A stretch of DNA of 64,000 nucleotides, taken from contig CAWETU010000005.1 in the NCBI GenBank assembly GCA_963812135.1, forward strand, positions 1 to 64,000, written 5' to 3'. The stretch comes from Vulcanimicrobiota bacterium (GTDB lineage: Bacteria; Vulcanimicrobiota; Vulcanimicrobiia; Eremiobacterales; Eremiobacteraceae). Position 1 is the first letter of the stretch; every line of letters begins with the position of its first letter. Both the position numbers and the translations under genes were made by a program. Under the pieces are notes generated by a model that did not search any database, was not told the DNA's origin, and saw only the letters and a list, made by a program, of their open reading frames with translations. Below are positions 33,031 through 43,969 of the stretch, one piece after another.

Positions 33031-33059
33031 ACTATAGCACAGCTGACAGGGACAGTCAA
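33031..33059 (-). promoter_or_regulatory. rho promoter
   Basis: TTGACT-17 nt-TATAGT with extended TG. Confidence 0.7.
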
Positions 33060-33715
33060 CGGTTTCGCAAGCGCCGTGGGAGCCTGGAAACGCTGGCGCT
33101 ATCAGGGTCGTAGAAGCGCAGCGGCCAACCGGCGGCGGTCGATAATCCGACCCTGCGTGTGACGCCGATCAGAGCCGGCGGCCGCGCGTCTTCAAAGCTG
33201 ACGCGCAGGTGAGGATCCGTGCGCAGATCGAGCCCGTTCGAGCGCAGATCGACGGACATCGCGCGACACAGATTGCCCGGCCCCGAGGCGAGCAAGGCAT
33301 CGGGGATGTCATGGCCTCTCCGCCGTCGCATCGCTTCGACCCCGCTCAGCGGCTCTGCCGCGCGCAAGAGCACGGCGGCCCCGATACCGGCTCGTTCGGT
33401 CACGACGTTGAGACAGAAATACATCCCATATATAAGGTAGACATATGACGAGCCGGCGCGGCCGAACAACGTCGACGTTCGTTTTGTGGGCCCTCGATAC
33501 GCGTGGCACGCAGGGTCGATGTTGGGGAGGTACGCCTCGGTTTCCACGATGCGAGCGAGTAGCCGGTTACCAGCGTCAGGCTCGCCTTCGGGAATCGTGC
33601 GCTCAAGGATCGCGCCGACGAGGCGGCGCGCGACGTCGATAGTCTCGCCTACGAACGGATCGTCGACGAACTTGTTTTCGAAAGCACGGATGTTCGGGAC
33701 TTGACTGCGCGACAC
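33056..33715 (-). CDS. mpg: DNA-3-methyladenine glycosylase (AAG/MPG family)
   Basis: RIVETEAY, DPACH, YVYLIYGMYFCLNVV, AVLLRA.EP, GPGNLC. Confidence 0.95.
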   Translation of the reverse strand: MSRSQVPNIRAFENKFVDDPFVGETIDVARRLVGAILERTIPEGEPDAGNRLLARIVETEAYLPNIDPACHAYRGPTKRTSTLFGRAGSSYVYLIYGMYFCLNVVTERAGIGAAVLLRAAEPLSGVEAMRRRRGHDIPDALLASGPGNLCRAMSVDLRSNGLDLRTDPHLRVSFEDARPPALIGVTRRVGLSTAAGWPLRFYDPDSASVSRLPRRLRNR

Positions 33716-33739
33716 GACGGCGTGATGATGTCCTTTAGA

Positions 33740-34798
33740 ATGAGGCAACGCAGGTGCGCGATCCTCGGCGGCGCTGTTCGCCGTCGCGGCTACACTCTCT
33801 TCGAAGCGCTGATCGCGCTCGGCATCCTGTTTTTGCTTCTCTACGTGGTCGGCGATGCGGTGACACGGATGCTGCACAACACGTCCATGTCAGTCGCCCG
33901 CTCGAGTCAAGCGCGCAGCGTTTCTGAACTCGTCACGCGGATGTCTGAAGAGGCACGCAGCTCGGCGGCGGTCTTCATCCCCGCGAATGACGTGTTCGGC
34001 AACCCGAACGGCGGCAGCGCAGCGCATGAGGTCGATTTCTTCCGCCGGCTGTCGGCCGGCGGTGACGCGTACGTCGCCTATCGTCTCGACCCCGAGACCG
34101 GCGTCGTCACTCGGTACGAGTATTCGCTCGCGGGCGGCGCCCCGGCGATCGCGCATTCCGATCAACTTGCGGCCGGTGTCGGGACGTTCGCTCCAAGCCG
34201 CGTCACTGCCGGATCGATGAGCGATGTCGTCAGTGCCGCGACGGTCAGCAATGTTTCTATCCTGTACGGTACCGCCGGCGTCGTCGGCGGCAATGACATC
34301 GTCGTCGTCAGGGTCCAGGCCCAGCCTGAAGATGGCGTGACCCCCACGGAGATCTCCGTCCATCTCGCGTCGCGAGCAGCACCGACATCGCTGTCGGTGC
34401 TCGCGCCTGCTGCTCCGCCACCGCCGCCGGTGGGAGGCGGTCCCATCACGATTCCTTTCATAATCCGAAATATTCCGGTGCACGTTCCGCATGGTCCATG
34501 GCATTCGGCTAGGTGGAGGAACTGAAGGCGGCGCCGGTGAGTCGGGGGCGCACACCCCTTGGATTGCGGGGACCGTCTCATCACTTCGGACTTGCTGGCG
34601 GCCTTGGTTGGCTCGATCTTTTCGCTGTCGTACCCAACACTTGAAAGTGGGACTTACACGTTTCGCGACAGCAGCGGAAACCTGAATACGGTGACCATCA
34701 GTTGCGACGGCGCTCCATGTCCCAGATTCAAGCCGTTGCCGTCTGCCGGATCGCCTCCGGCGCCGTCCGGCGGCGTTGGTTTCGACGCCGTCCCCTAA
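33740..34798 (+). CDS. Type IV pilin-like / pseudopilin protein (frameshift ~34520)
   Basis: Class III signal RRRG|YTLFEALIALGILFLLLYVV; C-terminus continues in ORF 34559-34798. Confidence 0.75.
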
Positions 34799-34962
34799 GG
34801 CCGACGCCGCAGGAAAGGGTGTCCCCTAACAGAACCTCCTCGCACCGGATTCCAACAGTGGGCGTTACCCCACTTTCTGGTTCATTTTCTGTTTGGAAGC
34901 GCCGGAAACACGCGCCGCGCACTTGGGGCGCTCCTAGGGCCCCCGGTGCAGGAGGAAAATCC

Positions 34963-37900
34963 ATGCCCAAGTCGCTCACACGGGCGCTTTCCGTGACCGC
35001 GTTGGTATTCGCGACTGTTTTTGGCCAGGCAACGCAGACGCTGGCCAGCAACGTCGGCAATATCATCGGCCGCGTGACTAGTGTTACTACTTTGACGAAC
35101 AAACAAATCGAAGAGCTTCCTCTGGCCAACGTCAACGTGGCTGCCGTCGCCCCGTCGGGCACGTCCAAGGCGTTGACCAACGCGGCCGGCTACTACGCGC
35201 TCACCGGTTTGGCGGTGGACACGTATGCCGTGTCGTTCGCCAAACAAGGATACGTGACCGTGCTCGTCCCCGGCGTCACGGTGTCGCAAGACTCCACGTA
35301 CCCGCTCAACGTCAAGATGCAGACCGCCCTCGCATCGCTAGGCACCGTCTCGGTGCGCGGCGCGCAGTCGCTCGTGCAGCCGAATCAACCGGCCGACCGT
35401 TATACGGTGACGTCGACGCAGATCCAGAACATCACGGGAACGCCGCAGAACATCTCGGAGACGGCGGTCCTCAATTCGCTGCCCGGCATCACGACGGACA
35501 CCGGCGGTTATCCGATCATCCGCGGCGGCGCGGAAAACGATGAAGGCTTCCAGCTCGAGGGCATCGATGCGACCGAGCCGATCACCGGCCAGTTCATCAA
35601 CAGCCTTTCGCTGTCGGGCACGTCGCGAATCGTGCTGGAGACCGGCGGTTACGACGTGACGAACGGCAACACCAACTCAGGCGTCGTCAACATCGTCGTG
35701 AAGCGCGGATGCCTATCCGGGCGCCGGCCAGGCCACGCTCTTGGACAACGCCCCGAACTTCGATCACCGATTCGCGGTCGAGTATGGCAATGGCTCGCCG
35801 GATAACCGGTTCAGCTATTTCGTGTCGTACAATGGCTTGCGCCAGTTCCGCGTCTACGGCGACCAACACACATTCCTTTCACAGGAGGTGACGGCTGTTG
35901 GCACCGGGACGGCAACGAGAGCAACATCAACCTGTTCTACCGCTGGGGTCAGGACAACCGCAATGAGCTCCAATACTTCGGCGAGAATGGCGCGAACTAT
36001 TTCGGGTTCGACTACAACGTGCTGCAATACGGCGGTCAGCAGTCGGCGATTTGCCCCACGCTGACCAATCCACCGACGTGCCTGCCGTATGACTCGGCGA
36101 ACCTGCAAACACGCGGTCATTCTTCGGCACCACTGGCGGCGTGGTCCACGACGTTGCTTCCCGGCCAAACCGCGTACAATCAGGCCATCAACTACGCGGA
36201 CAACGAGAATAACAACCACTTCATCGAGAAACTGAACTACAAGCGTCAGTTCAGCTCGAACAGCTATGCCGATATCGGCGTGTTCCGCACCAGCGTCCAC
36301 GACATCTTCGGGGTTCCGTGGGACGGCGGTGCGCTAACTGGCGAGTACGAGTTCAACCACTCCGACAACACCGGCATCGAGGTCGACTACCAGAACCAGA
36401 TCAGCAATCAGCACTTGCTCGCCTTCGGCGGTACCGGCAAGTTCTCGAAGACTGACTTCTCGATCGGCATTCCGGAGCTCGAGCCGCTGGTCGAACCGAT
36501 CACCGAGTTCGGCTACGTCGGCTACCTGAACATGGCCACACGGTGTTGGCGGGTGCGGCACGAACGGCGCGACTCCGACATGCGTCAGCCCGGCGTTCCC
36601 GCTGAGCACGTATGTCAACCAGCTTCTCCTTCATCACCGATCCCGTGCAGACATGGGATGCATGGCTCCAAGACACGTGGACGCCGACCACGCAGTTCAA
36701 CGTCAAGGCGGGCGTGCGGTTCGACCAACAAGTGCTGCATCTGCCGAGCAATGCGGCCGCGTTGTCGACCAGCTACACGCACGACCCGGCGGGCAACACT
36801 CATCGATGTCCCCGGACTTCCGGTGGGCAGCAACGTGACGCGTCCGTCGCAGTTCAGCCCGCGCCTCGCGCTCACGTACACGCCTAACCAGAACGCGCGC
36901 AACGTGTTCCGCGCTTCAGCCGGCGAGTTCATCGAGTTCACGCCGGTGTCGAACATCGAGAACACTTACCAGATCCCGCAAGCGGCGTATAATTGCACGA
37001 TCGCGAGCGGCTGCTTCGCACCGCTGCCGGGCTACAGCCCGACCTGCGTGAGCGGCAAGGATCCGGCCAACGCCAACATGCCGTGCAACGGCATCAACAA
37101 CCTCGGGCAGCAAGCCCTTGAGGACCTCAACACCAACAACTTCGCCCAGTACACGCCGGTGCTGCCGCAGACCGCGTTCTCGGCGGACGCGAGCTGGGAA
37201 CACGACTTCGGCAACGGCCTTGACCTCAAGCTGACGCCGTATTATCGGCGTGGCCGCAATTACGTCGTCGCCAACACGCCGCTGCTCGCCACGCTGCCCG
37301 ATGGCACGTCGGTGTTCGGCGCGCCCATCGAGCAAAACGCCGGCGCTAACGTGAACACCGGCATCGAGCTCGCGTTGGCGAAGAGCGTGACGTTCGGGTT
37401 CAGCGGATACCTCAACGCCACGTACGACAACACCAAGGCCAACTACAACAGCGACTTCTTCCCGGCGACCAACAACGCCGCGCTGGCGTTGAACCACTAC
37501 TTCCACGTCTCGTACCTTGCGCCGGTCACGGCGACGCTCGGCATCGTCTATCACGACCGGCACGGCCTGCTGGTCACGGCCGAGCTGCCGTACGAGTCGG
37601 GCTACTACTACGGCGTGGGCAAGCACACGTTCGTGTTCGCGCTCTGCGGACAGGTCGCCGGCTGCACGGGCAACCCGGCCAGCTCGGTACCGGTCGAGGT
37701 GCTCAACACCGACCTCGCCGCCGCATCGCTCGGACAGAACACGCTCACCAGTGCCTACTACTACACCGATCCGCTGAACCCGGGCACGATCCTCAACCCG
37801 AATATCACAGGCTCGCGCGGCACGCCGGAAGGCAACGACCCCGGCAGCCTGCGAAGCCCGCAGCGACTGCTGGTCAACTTGGCGATCGCGCATGACGTCG

Positions 37901-38192
37901 GCTCTGGGCCGAACCACTTCCAAGTGGGCGTGCGCGCGTACGAACCTGCTCGGTAACTACTCACCTGGCGTCGTTGGCGGCAACTCACGATTCCGCATCG
38001 ACGGCTTGGGTGGGTACAACGGGCTGAGCGGCGGACGTCAATGGAAATACCAACGGCGGCCCGAACTCGGGCAGCAACAACATCAATCCAACACTCCAAC
38101 CCTTACAGTTCAACCGCGGCCCCTACCCGTACGAAAGCCAGGCAACGGGCGCAGCGCGTCTGTTTACGTTCTTCGTGAGCTCCAACTTCTAA
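34963..38192 (+). CDS. TonB-dependent receptor with N-terminal carboxypeptidase-regulatory domain (several frameshifts)
   Basis: AGGAGG SD, signal peptide, plug motifs LPGI..IRGG..EGI..SGVVNIVVKRG, FSPRLALTY, C-terminal FTFFVSSNF*. Confidence 0.88.
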
Positions 38193-38273
38193 AGAGCGTA
38201 GACAGCGCACCGGGGGCCCTCAAGCCTCCGGTGCGCCCACCTCTTGAACTTATTGAGAAAGGATCCATTAGAA

Positions 38274-39258
38274 ATGCACAAGTTCAGAGCAGCGGTAATT
38301 GGGCTGCTGTGCCTCGGGGCCGTGACGGGCTGCAGTACGAACACAAATCCAGGAAACGTCGTTTTCACGACGCAAAGCAACGCTTGAGCTCGCCGTCGGA
38401 ACGATCAATGACCCCGCGGGGACGTTGCAAGCGCAGACTCAAAGCGTCAGCTTCGCCGGACCATACCTCGACGTGATCGCCCCGTTCCGAAACCAGCTCG
38501 GCAATTCGGCGTTCAATCTTCCCGGCGACGCGACTTTGACGCCAGGCAGCGGCACCGACAACATGGGATTCACATTCAATCCGAAGCCGCCCAACCCGCC
38601 CGGGTTCATCGGTCTTTTCTCTTATGGGCAGTCAGGACCAGCGTTCGGGGCAACGGTGTGGAATCAGCTGCCGGCAGCCGCGCCGGCATGGGCCGCGCCC
38701 GGCAGCGGAACGGGATTCATGATGGATGTCAATCCCAACGGTCCCGATTTCAACTGCTGCTTCGGCGATCTGCCCAGTCCCGCGCAAGGTTACCCGTTGG
38801 CGGGAAATACGTCTTATTCGCTAGTCGACACGGTTACCGTAAACGGCCAAGTACAGACGTATACTGCGGGCGCCAAGCTCGCTGCCGTTCCGACATTCCT
38901 TGCGGTCGGCTCAGCCGCATACGCTCCCAGCCTGGGTACGGGCGGTGGAACGTTCAACTTCGGAGCATACCCTGCGGGCGCGACGGAACAGGTCGTGGTC
39001 GTGCTGTCGGGTTTACCCCCAGCCATCGCGTTCTCGCGATGGTGAAGGTCAATACGCCAGTAACCTCGGGGGCGTTGCCGGCAGGCACACTCGCGGTGGG
39101 CGCTTACAGTGCTTCGTGATCGCGAGCTGACTTCCCGTGGGTCGAAGCCGGTGCAGTCAATTCACCAGCCGTCGGGAATCCGGCCCCCGTGATCACGGGC
39201 GCGAACGGCAACGCAGACCTGTCCGTGAGCGCTCCGTTCGCGCTGCACCCAGACATAA
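38274..39258 (+). CDS. Lipoprotein cotranscribed with TBDR (frameshifted)
   Basis: GAAAGG SD; MHKFRAAVIGLLCLGAVTG|C lipobox; G/P/A-rich beta content in consecutive frames. Confidence 0.7.
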
Positions 39259-39277
39259 CTCCGCGCGAAGGCAAACG

Positions 39278-39311
39278 CAAAGGACGGCAGCGATGCCGTC
39301 CTTCTTCTTTT
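39278..39311. terminator. Bidirectional intrinsic terminator between convergent genes
   Basis: AAAGGACGGCA-GCGA-TGCCGTCCTT followed by CTTCTTTT. Confidence 0.75.
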
Positions 39312-39312
39312 C

Positions 39313-39802
39313 CTAACCGGTGGGTAAGAAGCGCGAACGGTGCGGCCAGGCCTTCTGCTTTGGCGCGCAGCGCCGCAAGCCGCTCCGGTTTGACGAGCAT
39401 CAGCTTCGCGTTCGAGAACTCGTTCAATTTGCAGCCAAGCACGATGTACGGCAGCGTGAGTTCGCGGTGCGGCTGGCTGCGCTGCTCGAGTTCGGCGATC
39501 AGCAATGGATCGTCGACGTGGATCAAGACGCGCCGCACGCCCAGTGAGAGCAGCCGATCGAGCGCCGCCGTGACGCCGGCATACACGTAGTCCCTGCCTT
39601 GTTGCGAGAGCTGCTCTCGCACCGAGAACGGGATGAAGTGCTCGCCGGCGGAGCCGGCGCGGTCTAGCAGCGAGACTGCCGCGATGCCGCGGCCCGCTCC
39701 GCAACGGACCACGGCGATGTGGGCCTGGCAGTCGCCGCGCGCGCCGGCTGGGGCTCTGCGCCTGGGCTCCTCGGTTCCGGGTATCATGGTAGGGGCTATC
39801 AT
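39313..39802 (-). CDS. Degenerate RNase HI-like (RVT_3-type) protein; stop inferred before the terminator
   Basis: YAGVTAALDRLLSLGVRRVLIHVDDPLLI..ELTLPY....KLNEF matches the RNase HI-like Y.A...AL....LG...V.I..DS.LV pattern. Confidence 0.6.
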
Positions 39803-39808
39803 GCCCAT

Positions 39809-39838
39809 ATTATAATCGAACAGGTGTTCGATAGGCAA
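39809..39838 (-). promoter_or_regulatory. Promoter with LexA (SOS) box in the spacer
   Basis: TTGCCT-18 nt-TATAAT; spacer holds TCGAAC-N4-GTTCGA (39816-39831). Confidence 0.85.
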
Positions 39839-39843
39839 GACGT

Positions 39844-39867
39844 CGGTCGGATAAATCCGACCGCTAC
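39844..39867 (-). repeat. GTAG-type REP palindrome
   Basis: Minus GTAGCGGTCGGATTTATCCGACCG. Confidence 0.85.
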
Positions 39868-39882
39868 GGCGTCCTAAATCGC

Positions 39883-41086
39883 TTAGCCGACCAGGTCGAA
39901 AAGGTCCTCGAAATCACCCATTGCGGCCGTTCCGGCCCGGTTCGCCATGACGGCTTCGTACACGGCCACGACCCGTCCGGCCGTGGCCTTGATGTCAAAT
40001 GCTGCGGATGCGGTTCTGGCATGCGCGGACGCCACGTTGTAGCGCGTCCGATCGCCCAGCAGCGCCAAGACCGCCGCGGCCATGCCGCCCGCTTCTTCGA
40101 CCAGCTCCCCTGCCTTGTTGGGGCCGAACACGTCACGCGTTTGCGGGCTGGACGCGGCCACCACCGGCAAGCCCGCGGCGAACGCCTCGGCCAGCACCAA
40201 GCCCTGGGTCTCCGAGGTCGAGGGGAAGACGAAAAGATCGGCCGCTGCATACACCGCCGGGAGATCCTCGTGGGGTAGCGGTCCTGCGAATATGACCGCG
40301 TCACCCAGGCCGTCCGACTTGGCCTGCGCTTTGAGCGCGTCGGCCGAAGGCCCCGTGCCGACCAGCAGCAACTTCGCGTCCGGCAGGCCCGTCAACACGA
40401 GCTTGAGGGCCTCAAAGGCCAGCGGCACGCTTTTCTCCTGGGCCAGCCGGCACACGAGCAGCAGCAGCGGCGCCGCCAAGGGGATTCCGAAGCGCTTGCG
40501 GGCCGCTTGGGCGTCTGCCAGCCGCGGCGTTGCGGAAACGATCGAGCTCGATGCCGGTCGGCACGACGCAGATGGGCGCCACCACGCCAACGTCCCGCAG
40601 CCCGGTCGCGACCGCCTGGGTCGGAGCGATCACGGCGTCGGCGGCGTTGGCATAGCCGCGCGTGAGCTCGCGGGTCAGCTGCGCCGTGAACCGCTGGCCC
40701 AACGGCGAGTAATGCGCATAGCGCTCGAGCATCGTGTGATACGTGAACACGAGCGGCACGCGAAAACGATAGCGCGCATAATATTGCGCCATCCAACCGG
40801 TGACGAACAGCGAATGCGAATGGATCACATCGCATTGGCTCAGGAATCGCGCTTTGTTTCTGCGCGCGACGAGCGGCACGGTGAGACGATACTCGGTGCG
40901 CGCCGGCAACGGCAACGACGGCATGAAGAAAACTCGACCGAGCGCTTCGACGCCGTTCGGGATGCGCGGCGCGAACGTGTACGCTTCATGTCCTTGCGCG
41001 CGCAGTTCTTCAGTGAGCGATTCGACCGATGCGACGACGCCGTTGATGATCGGCCGGTACACCTCGGTGAAAATGCCGATCTTCAT
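39883..41086 (-). CDS. GT4 glycosyltransferase, diacylglycerol glucosyltransferase-like (frameshift ~40530)
   Basis: MKIGIFTEVYRPIINGVV.S, TYHT, PTGIEL, RLAQEK, FPSTSETQGLVLAEA. Confidence 0.9.
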
Positions 41087-41368
41087 AGCGGAACCATCTT
41101 CTCGTCATTCGGGACCACGATGCGCTCCGCGTTCCTGTGGCCGAACTGTGAATCCTTCAGCGGTACAACCAGTCCGCGTAGCGGGAATCCCTTGTCCCAT
41201 CGGATTTTCCCGTGATATAATGCACGCGTTGTTCCGGTTTTCCGTTTTGTTTCGTCGCTTTGCGACGATCTCGCCTTCACGATACCGAGATGCAACGCAC
41301 CGGTCGAAGGCTCTGCCAACATCACTCCGTCCGCTGACCACGGCTCACCGTAAATCGGGGATCACTTA

Positions 41369-42223
41369 TTGACGCGCCATCCTGAAATCCGTATCGCAGC
41401 GTTCGCCACGCTCATCATCGTGTGCGCGACCGCGACGTCTGCGGCACAAGTCGCACACACGCACCGACAAGCATCACATTCGCATCCCATTCTCACTTCA
41501 TCATCGTACACCGTATCGACGACGCTCGCCGACCAACCGCTTGACGTCGCGCATCAGACCGACAGCTCATCGGTCGTCGCGAGCGCTGACAGCTTTTACA
41601 ACAATACCAAGTTCGACGATCTGCGCGGCACCACGAACGTGGTGCGTCCAATCGTGCACATCCAGACGGAATACGCCACCCGCCAAGCGCTCGTGCCGCT
41701 GAACCCGGAGGTGCGCCTGAGCCTCGGCCTGCCCCCCGGCCGGCGCAAGGTGCTCCGGGCGGGCCGGCCAGCCGTCGCTGAGCTCACCGAGCGGGTCGTG
41801 ATGTGGGACGACGTCGTCGTCAGTCGGCAGCTCGTCCGCTCGAGGGTCGTGCACCAGGGTACCCGCAGCATCGTGCAGCAGGGCGCCCCCCTGACCTGGG
41901 AGCAACTCGCCTCGACCACGCCCTACCATAAGCTCGTGAGCGTCTTCTCGATGGAAGCGACCGCCTACACGGCCTGGACGGCGACATCCAATCCGACCGG
42001 CCGGACCGCCACCGGTATCTTCGCCGGCTACGGCATCGTCGCGGTCGACCCGCGCGTCATCCGCCTCGGCAGCCACGTCTTCGTGCCGGGTTATGGCCTC
42101 GCGATCGCCGCAGACACGGGCGGCGCGATCGTCGGCAACCGGATCGACCTGTGCATGGAATCGGTGCGCGACGCGATGATCTTCGGCCGCCGCCCCGTCA
42201 AGGTGTACGTCCTAGCGGAATAG
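41369..42223 (+). CDS. G5 + 3D domain cell-wall lytic protein (YabE-like)
   Basis: MEATAY, TATG, VAVDPRVI.LGS, AADTGGAI.GNRIDL; upstream of rsmA. Confidence 0.9.
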   Translation: MTRHPEIRIAAFATLIIVCATATSAAQVAHTHRQASHSHPILTSSSYTVSTTLADQPLDVAHQTDSSSVVASADSFYNNTKFDDLRGTTNVVRPIVHIQTEYATRQALVPLNPEVRLSLGLPPGRRKVLRAGRPAVAELTERVVMWDDVVVSRQLVRSRVVHQGTRSIVQQGAPLTWEQLASTTPYHKLVSVFSMEATAYTAWTATSNPTGRTATGIFAGYGIVAVDPRVIRLGSHVFVPGYGLAIAADTGGAIVGNRIDLCMESVRDAMIFGRRPVKVYVLAE

Positions 42224-42256
42224 TCGTCCGGCGTGTAGTAGCGCGCCCATCGTACG

Positions 42257-43121
42257 TTGGACGAATACGCATCTCCCAAACGCATCCTCGAAGCGCGCGG
42301 CCTCCGGCCGCGCAAGCGTTTTGGTCAGAATTTTCTCGTCGACCCGCGCTTCGCGCAACGCATCGCAGCGGCGCTGCCGGCTGACGCCTACGTATTGGAG
42401 ATCGGCGGCGGCACCGGCACGCTGACCGCCGCGCTCGCACGGTCGCGCGCGCCGGCTTGATGTCCTCGAGATCGATCGCGGGCTCGTCGAGGTGCTGCGA
42501 GAACGCTTCGCCGCCGACGAGCCTCGCGTCATGATCTTGGACGCTGACGCGCTCGCGATCGACATGGCCGAGCTGTTAAGCGCCAACCCGCGCCCACGCG
42601 CGCTGTGCGGCAATCTTCCCTATTCCATCACGACACCGCTGTTGGAGCGGATCATCGCTGCGGCGCCGCTGTGGGATCGAGCCGTTGTGATGGTGCAGCG
42701 CGAGTACGCCAAACGCATGGCAGCCAAACCGGGCACGCCTGATTACGGCAGCCTGACGGTTTTCGTCGCGCACTTCTGCGAGATCGAGCATCTCTTCGAC
42801 GCCGGCGCGTCGGGATTCTATCCTGCGCCAAACGTCGCGTCGTCGGTCATCGCGTTGCGCCCCAGGGAGAACGTCGACGCAGGCGTGGCCGATCGCGCGT
42901 TGTTCTTGTGGGTCGTGCGCGCCGCGTTCGCACAACGGCGCAAGACGCTGGTCAACAGCATCGCGAGCCAGACGCCGAGCGGATCACGCGATGTCATCGA
43001 TGCCGCCGCCCGCGCCGCCGGCCTGCCCGACGCGATCCGCGGCGAACGCCTTGCGCACGATGATTTCGTGCGCCTCGCCAATGCGCTGCACGCACAGGGC
43101 TTTCGCGCGCCCGCGCGGTAA
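42257..43121 (+). CDS. rsmA: 16S rRNA dimethyltransferase RsmA/KsgA (frameshift ~42455)
   Basis: KRFGQNFL, LEIG.G.G.LT, GNLPYSITTP, QRRKTL. Confidence 0.95.
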
Positions 43122-43132
43122 CACGAACCGCA

Positions 43133-43969
43133 ATGGACATCGCGAGCCCGCAAGAAATCCTCGACGTTGAAGCCGGCCGCGGGCCGGCTTTTCAAAAGCG
43201 TTGGAACGGATGGACGGTCGCGGCCGCCCTCGTGCTGCTCGCGGTGCTCTACATCATCGTACAGCTCGCCGCGACGGTCCTATGGCTTTTCATCGCGTTT
43301 CCCGATGTGATGGCGCAGGCGATGCACGGCAACCCGACGGCGTTGATGCATCTGGCGCGCCCCGAGGGCCTCGCGCAAGTGCTCACGCCGGTCGGCTTCC
43401 TTGCGATCCAACTCCCGACGACCGCCGTGATGATGGCCGCGACATTTGGACTGGCGTACGGCCTGTTTCGCCCGCGCGCGACGCTTGCGGATCTTGGTTT
43501 CACCCGGTCGCTGACACGCGGCAACGTCGCGTTCGCGGTCGGCGCCGGCGTCGTCATGTTCGTCCTCGCCGCGATCATCGAGGGACTGCAGGAAAAGCTG
43601 CTCGGTCCGCATCCTCAGCAGATCGCTTTGATCCTCGAGCACCACCGCGGCGCCTTCGCATTGATCCTCGATCTGCTCTCCGCAGCCGTGCTCGCGCCGC
43701 TCTGGGAAGAAACGCTCTTCCGGGGCGTGCTGTTCACGTCGTTCGTGCAGCGCATGCCGTTCTGGTGGGCGGCGAGCTTGAGCGGCCTGCTCTTCGGCCT
43801 CGGACATCTCGACAAGTGGAATATCTTGCCGCTGTGGCTGCTCGGCATCGGGCTCGCCTACGTCTACTATCGCACCGGCAACATCTGGGCCAGCATCGTG
43901 ACGCACGCGACGATCAATGGCATCGATCTGCTGCTGCCATTGCTGGTCCCGCAACTCGCCGGCAAGTAG
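43133..43969 (+). CDS. CPBP family intramembrane protease (CAAX/Abi)
   Basis: PLWEETLFRG, FGLGH, HATIN. Confidence 0.93.
   Translation: MDIASPQEILDVEAGRGPAFQKRWNGWTVAAALVLLAVLYIIVQLAATVLWLFIAFPDVMAQAMHGNPTALMHLARPEGLAQVLTPVGFLAIQLPTTAVMMAATFGLAYGLFRPRATLADLGFTRSLTRGNVAFAVGAGVVMFVLAAIIEGLQEKLLGPHPQQIALILEHHRGAFALILDLLSAAVLAPLWEETLFRGVLFTSFVQRMPFWWAASLSGLLFGLGHLDKWNILPLWLLGIGLAYVYYRTGNIWASIVTHATINGIDLLLPLLVPQLAGK

Noticed and set aside
41090..41368. c-di-AMP (ydaO) riboswitch before the G5/3D gene
   Set aside because: Expected by context, but the conserved motifs are not recognisable.
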